Shown one piece after another: positions 25,359-33,491 of a stretch of DNA of 64,000 nt. Made by a program: the position numbers and the translations under genes. Source of the DNA: Desulfurivibrionaceae bacterium (GTDB lineage: Bacteria > Desulfobacterota > Desulfobulbia > Desulfobulbales > SURF-16); the NCBI GenBank assembly GCA_031581485.1, contig JAVLBA010000003.1, forward strand, positions 5,673 to 69,672, in the 5' to 3' direction. Below the pieces are notes generated by a model, which saw only the letters and a list, made by a program, of their open reading frames with translations, did no database searches and was not told where the DNA came from. Positions within the stretch are counted from its first letter, which is position 1, and each line of letters starts with the position of its first letter.

Positions 25359-26975
25359 TCAGGTTTTTAACTGGCAGATACCGGGCAGAGTGCCGTTTTT
25401 CTGGGCTGTCTGGTAAACATGCTCGGCAAAGCCGGCGCCGGCCTCGCCGAAGATGTTGTAGGCGGCCTGAGCCCCGGCTTCCAGCAGTTCCTGGCGCTGG
25501 TCGTCGTACATGGCAATGGCGGCGATGCCGCCCCGGAAGTCCGCCTTCTTAAGCTGTTCCAGGGCGAACATGTTGGCCCTGTGCTTGGGCATGGCCAGCA
25601 GGATCAGCTCCAGTTCCTTGAAACCGCCGCGCACTTTCAGCATCTCCCAGAAATCCGGGTCAGCGGCATCACTGAGCACTACATCGCGGCCCCTTGCCTG
25701 GTGGGCTGCCACGGATTCCTCGTTGAAATCGACCCCCACCACCTGGGTGCCGCAGCGCTGGCGCATCAGATCGTAGGCGCCGGTGCCGATGCGGCCCATG
25801 CCAAGAATGGCGACGTTGGCGTGCAGGGGGTGGAGCAGGTCATCCTGATGACTGCCGCTTTTCTCAAAGCCGGTAAGAAAATTCTGGAAGCGCTGATAGA
25901 TGGCGGTGCCTTTGCTGTTCAAGGGCGAGGCCAGGATAAAGGTCATGGAGAGGGACAGGGCAAAGACGGTGAGCCATTCCTTGTCGAGCCAGCCGTTGGC
26001 CACTGCCACGGCGCCGACGATGAGTCCGAATTCGCTGTAATTGGCCAGGCTGAAGGAGGCCAGCAGGGAGGAGCGGGCCCGCAGGCGAAATTTGCAGAGC
26101 AGCAGGAAAAAGAGCATCACCTTAAGGGGGATCAACAGGGTGAGAAAACCGGCCATCAGCAGGGTTTGCCAGGTGGGCAGACCGATCAGGCCGATACTGA
26201 GAAAGAAGCCCACCAGAAAAATTTCTTTGAAGCCCAGCAGGCTCTTGGCCAGTTCCTTGGATTTGGGGTGTCCGGACACCAGGATGCCGATGAGCAGCGC
26301 GCCCAGGTCGGATTTCATGGCCACGGCGTCGAAACTGGCCGCCCCCACCACCAGAGCCAGGAAAAAGCCGTAGAGGATAGTGAGCTCGCCATGCTCACAG
26401 CGGTCCATGATATGGAAGAGGACGGGCTTGATGAGAAAAAGGGCGGCCACAACCGCCAGGGCCCAGGGCGAGGGGATTTTACCGGTGGAGGCAGTGAGGA
26501 AGACAACTGCCAGTACGTCCTGCATGATGAGGATGCCCACTGCCACCCGGCCATGGATGGAAGACATCTCGCCGCGGCTCTCCAGAATCTTGACGGCAAA
26601 GACGGTGCTGGAAAAACTCAGAGCAAAGGAGATCAGCAGGATGCCGGCCAGGTCCAGGTCGGTGAACAGGGTGATCCCGCTGTAGAGGGCGGCAAAGAGC
26701 AGGCCGCCGAAAAAAACAATGGTGGCCAGCATATGCAGGGTGGCGCCTGCCCAGACCTCGGGCTTGAGCAGGGTGTCGAGCTTGAGTTTGAGGCCGATGG
26801 TAAACAGCAGCAGGGTTACGCCCAGATCAGCCACAAGTTGCAGGGTGGTGCCGCCGCTGATCCCCAGGGCGTTGAGGATAAAGCCGGCGGCCAGAAAGCC
26901 CACCAGAGGGGGGAGGCCGATCTGCCGAATGATAAATCCGCAAAAAAATGCGATGGTTATCCAGAGTGGATCCAT
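25359..26975 (-). CDS. Kef-type (CPA2) monovalent cation:proton antiporter with a C-terminal RCK/TrkA-N domain
   Basis: N-terminal ~380-aa polytopic Na_H exchanger-like domain, followed by a Rossmann segment NVAILGMGRIGTGAYDLM. Confidence 0.85.
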   Translation of the reverse strand: MDPLWITIAFFCGFIIRQIGLPPLVGFLAAGFILNALGISGGTTLQLVADLGVTLLLFTIGLKLKLDTLLKPEVWAGATLHMLATIVFFGGLLFAALYSGITLFTDLDLAGILLISFALSFSSTVFAVKILESRGEMSSIHGRVAVGILIMQDVLAVVFLTASTGKIPSPWALAVVAALFLIKPVLFHIMDRCEHGELTILYGFFLALVVGAASFDAVAMKSDLGALLIGILVSGHPKSKELAKSLLGFKEIFLVGFFLSIGLIGLPTWQTLLMAGFLTLLIPLKVMLFFLLLCKFRLRARSSLLASFSLANYSEFGLIVGAVAVANGWLDKEWLTVFALSLSMTFILASPLNSKGTAIYQRFQNFLTGFEKSGSHQDDLLHPLHANVAILGMGRIGTGAYDLMRQRCGTQVVGVDFNEESVAAHQARGRDVVLSDAADPDFWEMLKVRGGFKELELILLAMPKHRANMFALEQLKKADFRGGIAAIAMYDDQRQELLEAGAQAAYNIFGEAGAGFAEHVYQTAQKNGTLPGICQLKT

Positions 26976-27124
26976 GGACGACTGTTCCTGTGGAATATGT
27001 TGATATTTAAGAGGTTTCTTGCGTTTTCAATACCGTTTAGCGCCATTGCGGTCAAGGGGATTTGCCAACCGCATCATGGAACTGGGGAAGAACTTTCCTT
27101 TGATAGGACTCTTCTTTATGGTCA

Positions 27125-27223
27125 GTAGAGTCAGAAGGGGTCAATTCGCTTTTTGACTTTTATTGGTTAAGCACCGGCAGGACCTTCTGAATGGAATGCT
27201 GGACGTTTCCTCAGCGGCATGGG
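27125..27223. repeat. ~100-bp dispersed repeat, copy 2 (solo)
   Basis: Paralogue of 16054-16157. Lies in the intergenic region between the Kef gene start and the end of the ICMT-like gene. Confidence 0.7.
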
Positions 27224-27258
27224 TGTCCGGAATCTCATCTGTCAGGAGAAATGCGGGC

Positions 27259-28473
27259 CTAGAAAGTCGGCATCGGCATGGAGCCCCATTTATGGCGGCC
27301 CGAGGTCTTGATTACCGAAAGAACCTGGTGGTCATAGGAGTCGAGATCGACGACCATGACCGCGCTTCTTTGCTTGCCCAGATCGAATATATCCTGGGGT
27401 GGGGTCAAGTTTCCGGAGTAATCGGTTACCCTGACAAAGACAATCCGCTCGACATCGTAGTTGGTTTCAACCGTACCTAATTTCTTGAAAAAATTATAAA
27501 ATATCCTGAAAAATTTGCCAATTCCGCCCCTGAACTTGTGCTGATGCCATTCGAGCACCTCGGGGAAACGCTCGATGATGTCCTCCGAAAAACGGCGATC
27601 CTCATCGGTGACTATGGCGGTAAGGAAAAAGTCACCTGGGAAAATATAGGCCAGGTTAGGCTGTAATTCTCTGAGATCGTCGGAAATGGCGGGGGAGGAT
27701 TTCAGTGTGCGGTAAAGCTCGGAGACTTCCGCAGCCGGGCGCGGAAAAACCGAAAGCAATGTGGTTGCATCCTCCTTGACAATGGGCAATTGATTTACGG
27801 TATAGGCCCGGATCCCCAAGGCAATCGCCATGCTTACGATAATTGCCAGCAGATACGCGGTCAGGAGCCCGAGCCATTTCGGTTTGATCCAGCCAAGCAG
27901 CAACCGGTATATTCTGCCGCCGGGTTCGCCGGGCAGAAACATCGGGGTGTTCTCCATATATTTTTCGTAAATATCCGGCGCTTCCTGCCGCATCCGCCAC
28001 TCTTCGTTCCGGGCCAAGATATAGTAAACAAAGAGCATGGTGACATACATGATCAGGATGATGAAGCGGGGCCAGTAGAGGAGCAGACCGAAACCGGAAA
28101 TGGCCAGGAACAGATATTGGGGGTGCCTGACTTTGGAATAGAAGCTGATCCGGACCACCCCTTTTTTTCTGAACCGCCCGTAATAGAGGGGAATAGCCGC
28201 CGAGAAAAACAGCACCAGGCCGATCACCAGCAGGATTTGCAGGTAGGAGATCCAGAGAATCAGCGGATCGTCCAGAAAGACCATGTGGGGCAGAAAGAAT
28301 TCGGTGGCCCAGCTCAGACGCGGCGAAGAGGAAAAGAATTTGAGAATGGGACCGTAGACCGAATAAAAATAGAGGGCGAACGGCGAAATCATGATGATGA
28401 TTTCAATGCCGATCAGCAGGTAGGCGACGGTTGCCCCGACGATCATCACTTTTTGTTTTTTATTTTCAGCCAT
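27259..28473 (-). CDS. ICMT/PEMT-like membrane methyltransferase with a ~215-aa C-terminal domain of unknown function
   Basis: YSKVRHPQYLFLAISGFGLLLYWPRFIILIMYVTMLFVYYILARNEEWRMRQ is the isoprenylcysteine carboxyl / phospholipid methyltransferase family signature. Start chosen at MAENKKQK (28473). The ORF-track N-terminal extension lacks coding character. Confidence 0.7.
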   Translation of the reverse strand: MAENKKQKVMIVGATVAYLLIGIEIIIMISPFALYFYSVYGPILKFFSSSPRLSWATEFFLPHMVFLDDPLILWISYLQILLVIGLVLFFSAAIPLYYGRFRKKGVVRISFYSKVRHPQYLFLAISGFGLLLYWPRFIILIMYVTMLFVYYILARNEEWRMRQEAPDIYEKYMENTPMFLPGEPGGRIYRLLLGWIKPKWLGLLTAYLLAIIVSMAIALGIRAYTVNQLPIVKEDATTLLSVFPRPAAEVSELYRTLKSSPAISDDLRELQPNLAYIFPGDFFLTAIVTDEDRRFSEDIIERFPEVLEWHQHKFRGGIGKFFRIFYNFFKKLGTVETNYDVERIVFVRVTDYSGNLTPPQDIFDLGKQRSAVMVVDLDSYDHQVLSVIKTSGRHKWGSMPMPTF

Positions 28474-28691
28474 TTCATGCCGTTTCTGATTGTAGTTTAT
28501 TAAGCGGGGCGCACCCCTTGGGCTTATTATACCGATTGTCAAGATGACAAAGCAATGTCGGTGGAGAGGGGTTTTACTTTTTTGCGGATCGAACGGGGCG
28601 GGGGAGAGAAGGAATGCCGGAACACTGTTTTGAAACTGCATCGCCTGCCTGACAAGATCGCATCATCGCTCACCTTGATATCAATGAGCAG

Positions 28692-28889
28692 CTATTTGAG
28701 CTTGCTGGAGCTTGATCCGAACAGATAAACAAAGCCAAAAGTGATAACCGCAGCTTCCATCATTCCGGCAAGTATGCCAAATGGCGATAGTGAGAAAAAC
28801 ATGTGCCATTGACTTATTATCGAGACCGCGTCGGAGTAAATAGCCAGATTACCCAATAAACCAAGTATCAACATCCCGGCGTATTCCAT
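28692..28889 (-). CDS. Small (65-aa) two-TM membrane protein, hypothetical
   Basis: MEYAGMLILGLLGNLAIYSDAVSIISQWHMFFSLSPFGILAGMMEAAVITFGFVYLFGSSSSKLK. Only this hydrophobic C-terminal part of the 200-aa ORF looks coding. Confidence 0.4.
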   Translation of the reverse strand: MEYAGMLILGLLGNLAIYSDAVSIISQWHMFFSLSPFGILAGMMEAAVITFGFVYLFGSSSSKLK

Positions 28890-29259
28890 CCAAGAAATCC
28901 TGATAGGTAAATTGGTTAAATCGGTCCGACCCAGGTGCCCGTAATTGCTCCGGGACTTTTGACGGGATTGATTGGCTTTGCATCCGGATGGTGAACAATT
29001 ATATCGTAATAATGAGTCTTGTTTTATGGCCTGGCCGCAGGAGTAAGGCGGCTGACGATTTTGGAGAGGAAATGCAGCACCGCGCCCGAGACTTATCCAA
29101 ACTGTTGGGCTCGAACCTGCGAATGGCCGAGGGCGGGTCAGACGGCCCCATGAGCTTTTCGCCGGCCGCTTACGAACGCCGGTTTTATCAAACGCAAAAC
29201 GTTGCGTAGGGTTTTCGTGTCCACTATTGACGACTAACCTCAAACCGGGAAAGAGCTCA

Positions 29260-30024
29260 ATGACGGACATGAAGGACCTGAACATAACAGTCATCTATGA
29301 CAATAATCCGTACAGGCAAGGGCTGGCAACCGGCTGGGGTTTTTCCTGCCTCATAAGGGGCATTGGAAAAACGATCCTTTTTGATACCGGTGGTGACGGT
29401 GAAGTATTACTGGCCAATATGGAAAAGCTGGATATTCATCCAAACGAGATAGATATAGTAGTGCTCTCTCATGTTCATGACGACCATATCGGGGGGTTGG
29501 AGAGATTGCTGGCAGTGAATCCAGCGATTACCGTTTATCTCCCCCGGTCTTTCCCCGCTCAGGTAAAAGATAACCTGCAGAGCGCCGGCATCAAAACAAG
29601 AGAGGTTCACGATTTTACCATGATTTGTGAGAATGTTTATTCAACCGGTGAACTTGGCTCCGGAATAAAAGAACAATCTTTACTGGTGCAGACCGGACAC
29701 GGGGTTATCGTGATAACGGGATGCGCGCACCCGGGAATCGTGGAGATCCTGATTGCGGGAAAGAAGCTGCTTCATGCTGACAAAATACTCCTGACCATGG
29801 GAGGGTTTCATTTACCGGCTAACAGCCCGGCAGAACTGCAAGAAATCGCTGCTGCCTTCAAACGACTGGGAATAATATATGTCGGCCCGTGTCATTGTTC
29901 GGGAGATTTGGCAAGGCAGATATTTGCAGAAGCATACCGTGAATATTTCATACAAGTTGGCGTCGGGAAAGAAATAAGTTGTGGGGAATTGGCACGTCCA
30001 GATGAGAGGAAACCTGGATTGTGA
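29260..30024 (+). CDS. MBL-fold metallo-hydrolase (COG1237-like)
   Basis: LNITVIYDNNPY...GFSCLI N-terminus and the metal motif VLSHVHDDHIGG. ATG at 29260 follows GGGAAAGAG. Confidence 0.75.
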   Translation: MTDMKDLNITVIYDNNPYRQGLATGWGFSCLIRGIGKTILFDTGGDGEVLLANMEKLDIHPNEIDIVVLSHVHDDHIGGLERLLAVNPAITVYLPRSFPAQVKDNLQSAGIKTREVHDFTMICENVYSTGELGSGIKEQSLLVQTGHGVIVITGCAHPGIVEILIAGKKLLHADKILLTMGGFHLPANSPAELQEIAAAFKRLGIIYVGPCHCSGDLARQIFAEAYREYFIQVGVGKEISCGELARPDERKPGL

Positions 30025-30094
30025 CTCATTCAGCAAAGTCCAGGCTCAGATGAAATTGAGTCTCCTGAGCACGATAACTGGAGAGAGGCGCCAT

Positions 30095-31096
30095 ATGAGA
30101 TCGATACATGAAAAAGGTGGAGGAACCTTCGAGGGTATTAAGCTGCTGCTGTGCGAAAATCCCTTGCCGCCCATTGACGAGGCGATTGCCGCCGCCCAGG
30201 CCGAGGTGCCGCGCAGCAATTACTACACTGAACCTTTCTCGGAACCGTTGCGCCGTTTCATCGCCGACAGCATCGGTGTCCCGCAGCGATTGGTGCACAT
30301 CAACGCGGGCTCGGAATTGATCCTGCGCCAGGTCTTCGCGCGCCTGGGACAGCAAGTGCATCTGCTCACACCGACCTACCCGCTGTTTACGGAGATCGCG
30401 CAACGTTACACCGACACCCCGCTGGACCCGGATAACGACTTTGACTTTGATCTGGCAGATCTGCAAATTCCGCAAGGCACCACGCTGGTTGTGATCGTCA
30501 ATCCCAACAACCCTAGTGGCGGTATCTATGACATGTCGCCATTGCCCGAGCTTCTGCAGCAACATCCCGACACCAGATTTCTGGTGGACGAGGCCTTCAT
30601 CGGACTCGCGGGGCAATCCGTCGCCCATCTGGTTTCCCGGTATCCTAACCTGCTTGTCATCCGCACCCTGTCCAAGGCCCACAGCCTGGCTGGTTTTCGC
30701 GTCGGCTACGCGATTCTTCCCGAGGATCTGGCCGATGAACTCAACACCAGCAATGATGCCTATCCATTGGCCCGCTCAAGTCAAGCGGCGGCCCTCGCTA
30801 CCCTGCAGCACGAGGACAAGATCCTGGCGCGGGTCGAGCAGCTGCGCAGCTGGACGGAAGACCTGGCTGCGGAACTGCGCACGCTCGGAGTGCGCACTTA
30901 TCCCACCCGGACCTATTTTTTTCTGGCTGATTTTGCCCCGCATGACGCGGGCGAGTTGGCCGGCCACCTCAGGGAGCGTGGTATCTTGGTGAAACCTCTC
31001 GGCGACCCGCGGCTCGGCCCCGGATTCATGCGCGTGACCACGGCACTACCCGCTGATAACTCCCGCGTGGTGCAGGCCCTGCGGGAGCTGCTCTAG
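30095..31096 (+). CDS. Class I/II PLP-dependent aminotransferase (HisC / CobD-like)
   Basis: LVVIVNPNNPSGG and IRTLSKAHSLAGFRVGYAI (PLP lysine). Start chosen at MRSIHEKGGG. Visibly more GC-rich than its neighbours. Confidence 0.8.
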   Translation: MRSIHEKGGGTFEGIKLLLCENPLPPIDEAIAAAQAEVPRSNYYTEPFSEPLRRFIADSIGVPQRLVHINAGSELILRQVFARLGQQVHLLTPTYPLFTEIAQRYTDTPLDPDNDFDFDLADLQIPQGTTLVVIVNPNNPSGGIYDMSPLPELLQQHPDTRFLVDEAFIGLAGQSVAHLVSRYPNLLVIRTLSKAHSLAGFRVGYAILPEDLADELNTSNDAYPLARSSQAAALATLQHEDKILARVEQLRSWTEDLAAELRTLGVRTYPTRTYFFLADFAPHDAGELAGHLRERGILVKPLGDPRLGPGFMRVTTALPADNSRVVQALRELL

Positions 31097-31098
31097 CT

Positions 31099-31604
31099 AT
31101 GCCCAATGCAGCGTCGTTCAAGACCTATCATCACCGCTATGATGACTGGTTTGTGTGCCACGCAGCTGCCTACCATTCTGAGTTGCTGGCTGTCCGCGCC
31201 CAGATGCCCTGGCAGGCGTTGGCACAGGCCGCTTCGACTCTGCGCTGTGTGTGACCACGATCTGTTTTGTGGATGACGTTGACACCATGCTGCGGGAGGC
31301 ATTCCGTGTTTTGAAGCCAGGCGGGGCGCTGGTGATCGCTTTTATCGACCGCACCAGCAAACTTGGGCAACACTATCTGGCCCATCAAAGCGAGAATGTA
31401 TTTTATCGTGACGCGACTTTCTTCGCGGCAGCCGAAGTGGAACAGCTGCTGCTCGCGGCGGGCTTCACCGAACCGGTATGGGTGCAGACCCTGTCGAAGA
31501 CGCTGGAAGGAACTCGCGAGATCGAACCCCTGCGTGCGGGATATGGTCAGGGGGCTTTTGTTGTGGTCAAGGCAAAGCGGGCAGGACCTCGCGCTGGGGG
31601 TTGA
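31099..31604 (+). pseudogene. Class I SAM-dependent methyltransferase with an internal deletion of the SAM-binding core
   Basis: The 5' part encodes MPNAASFKTYHHRYDDWFVCHAAAYHSELLAVRAQMP... and runs into a stop. A different frame resumes with ..TTICFVDDVDTMLREAFRVLKPGGALVIAFIDR...(to 31604). The expected LE.G.GTG motif block between them is missing. Confidence 0.65.
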
Positions 31605-31873
31605 TTGCTGTTGCAAATGCAATCCGCCGTATCGAAAGCTAAAGAAGTACGGCGTATCAAGTCATTGTGGCCTGGACTCGGCATGATCACTCCGGCTTCG
31701 ACCCTGAACGCTTACAGTCCAGGGTAATGTCCTTTCCTCGTTGCCAATCTTTCTCTTGCTCCCGCATGCACATTATCTCTCGCCTCTGGTATATTCACTC
31801 TTCTCCTGCTATAATGTCCGCTTTGTTGTTTTTGGGTTTTATTTTTATGGTGAATTTTAACAGGTGAACCTTG

Positions 31874-33463
31874 ATGATCACGCTTCTTGACTATGGCGCC
31901 GGTAATGTGCGCAGTGTCCGTAATGCCATCCGCAAACTCGGCTTTGAGATCCGGGATGTTACCAGCCCCGCTGATATTGTTGAGGCCGAAAAACTGGTCT
32001 TCCCCGGGGTGGGCAGTTTCGGTCATGCCATGGAACGCCTCCGTGTTCTGGGGTATATTGAACCTCTGCTGGCCCATATCAGGGCCAATAAGCCCTTTCT
32101 GGGCATCTGCCTGGGTCTGCAGACCCTGTTTGAGGGGAGCGAGGAGTCCCCGGGCGTTGCCGGGCTGGGGGTGATCCCTGGCCAGATCAAACGCTTTGAA
32201 GAGGGAGAGCTCTCTGTGCCGCAGATCGGCTGGAACGGCATCCGCATCCACAAAGAGGGCTCACCCCTTTTGAGCGGTTTTCAGGATGAAAAGCTCTACT
32301 TTGTCCACTCCTATCACGCCCCTGTGCAGAAGGCCAACAGGGAATGGCTGCTTGCCACGACCGATTATGGGAACGAGTTTATCTCTGCTGTTCAGAGGGG
32401 CAATATAGCCGCCTTCCAGTTTCATCCGGAAAAAAGCGGCGAGGCCGGTCTGGCCCTGTTCAGGAATTTTCTGGCAAAGGACAATCTGCAGGCGGCTGGT
32501 CCGATTGATGCCAGCCGGCTGCCAAAAACCAGGATCGCCCGCCGCATTATCGCCTGTCTGGATGTGCGCTCCAATGATGCCGGGGATCTGGTGGTTACCA
32601 AGGGTGATCAGTACGATGTCCGGGAGGAGGGCGAGGTCCGTAATCTCGGCCGGCCGGTGGAACTGGCCAAGCGCTATTATGAGGAGGGGGCCGATGAGAT
32701 CACTTTTTTGAATATCACCGGTTTTCGTGATTTTCCCATGAAGGACCAGCCCATGATCGAGGTTCTGCAGCGCACCTCGGAAAACGTCTTTGTCCCCCTG
32801 ACCATTGGCGGCGGCATCCGGGAATTCACCGATTCAGAGGGCAGGCATTACTCGGCCCTGGATGTGGCGGCCGAATATTTCCGTTCCGGGGCGGATAAGA
32901 TCTCCATCGGCTCTGACGCCGTCTACACGGTGGAGGAGTTTCTGGAAAGCGGCAAGAAGAGCGGCAAAAGTTCCATTGAGCAGATCTCCCATGTCTATGG
33001 GGCCCAGGCCGTGGTGATCTCCGTGGATCCGCGCCGTGTCTATGTGCAAGAGCCGGGGGCCACCAGCCACCATGTCATCAAAACCAGTGTGCCCGGCCCG
33101 CACGGCGAGGAGTATTGCTGGTACCAGTGCACGGTGAAGGGCGGCCGGGAGGGGCGTGATCTTGATGCGGTGCAGCTGGCCGCGACCTGCCAGGAACTGG
33201 GGGCCGGCGAGCTGCTGTTGAACTGTATTGACAAGGATGGCACCAACTCCGGCTTTGACCTGGAGCTGATCAATATGGTCAAGGAGGCGGTCTCCATCCC
33301 GGTGATTGCCTCCAGCGGTGCCGGTTGCCCCGAGCATTTTGCCGAGGTTTTCAGCAAGACCAGGGCCGAGGCTGCCCTGGCAGCCGGTATTTTTCACCGC
33401 CGCGAGGTGGCCATCAGCGAGGTCAAGGAGCATCTGCGTAAGGCGCATATTGAATCGCGTTGA
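31874..33463 (+). CDS. hisHF: Imidazole glycerol phosphate synthase, fused glutaminase-cyclase (HisH-HisF, eukaryote HIS7-type)
   Basis: N-terminal HisH (ITLLDYGAGNVRSVRNAI...FLGICLGLQ...FQFHPEKSG). C-terminal HisF with HIS7-type insertions (RIIACLDVRSNDAGDLVVTKGDQYDVRE...CWYQCTVKGGREGR...LLNCIDKDGTNSGFD). Confidence 0.9.
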   Translation: MITLLDYGAGNVRSVRNAIRKLGFEIRDVTSPADIVEAEKLVFPGVGSFGHAMERLRVLGYIEPLLAHIRANKPFLGICLGLQTLFEGSEESPGVAGLGVIPGQIKRFEEGELSVPQIGWNGIRIHKEGSPLLSGFQDEKLYFVHSYHAPVQKANREWLLATTDYGNEFISAVQRGNIAAFQFHPEKSGEAGLALFRNFLAKDNLQAAGPIDASRLPKTRIARRIIACLDVRSNDAGDLVVTKGDQYDVREEGEVRNLGRPVELAKRYYEEGADEITFLNITGFRDFPMKDQPMIEVLQRTSENVFVPLTIGGGIREFTDSEGRHYSALDVAAEYFRSGADKISIGSDAVYTVEEFLESGKKSGKSSIEQISHVYGAQAVVISVDPRRVYVQEPGATSHHVIKTSVPGPHGEEYCWYQCTVKGGREGRDLDAVQLAATCQELGAGELLLNCIDKDGTNSGFDLELINMVKEAVSIPVIASSGAGCPEHFAEVFSKTRAEAALAAGIFHRREVAISEVKEHLRKAHIESR

Positions 33464-33491
33464 TTTCTTCGGGGCGCACAAGGTTGATCTT

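Noticed and set aside
25419-27128. 569-aa plus-strand ORF, the longest of many long ORFs antisense to GC-rich genes. Others include 22946-24142, 33783-34754, 54089-55045, 56585-57412, 58233-59030, 59433-60734 and 50163-51026.
   Set aside because: These are low-complexity Gly/Ala/Pro/Arg/Gln-rich translations without RBS or family motifs. In each case the opposite strand encodes a protein with unmistakable family signatures (Kef, acyl ligase fusion, RibD, RibBA, FtsK, FabF). They are typical GC-rich antisense artefacts.
29105-29130. tRNA-like T-arm sequence (minus strand CGCAGGTTCGAGCCC), considered as a possible tRNA or tmRNA 3' end or att site
   Set aside because: The flanking bases cannot form a T-stem or acceptor stem, and there is no CCA or anticodon arm. 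The match to GGTTCGA is too short to mean anything.
28692-29294. 200-aa minus-strand ORF as a single protein
   Set aside because: The N-terminal ~135 aa are Arg/Ser/Pro-rich with no hydrophobic core. Only the last 65 aa (two TM helices, internal ATG at 28889) look like a product.
33306-33491. Upstream extensions of ORF-track calls. Examples: 33306 for the secreted repeat protein, 39279 for mlaF, 29981 for the aminotransferase, 28641 for the ICMT-like gene, 61780 for the nikL-position gene.
   Set aside because: The extensions overlap well-supported upstream genes or lack coding character. Internal ATG/GTG starts with an RBS or ATGA-type coupling give canonical N-termini.
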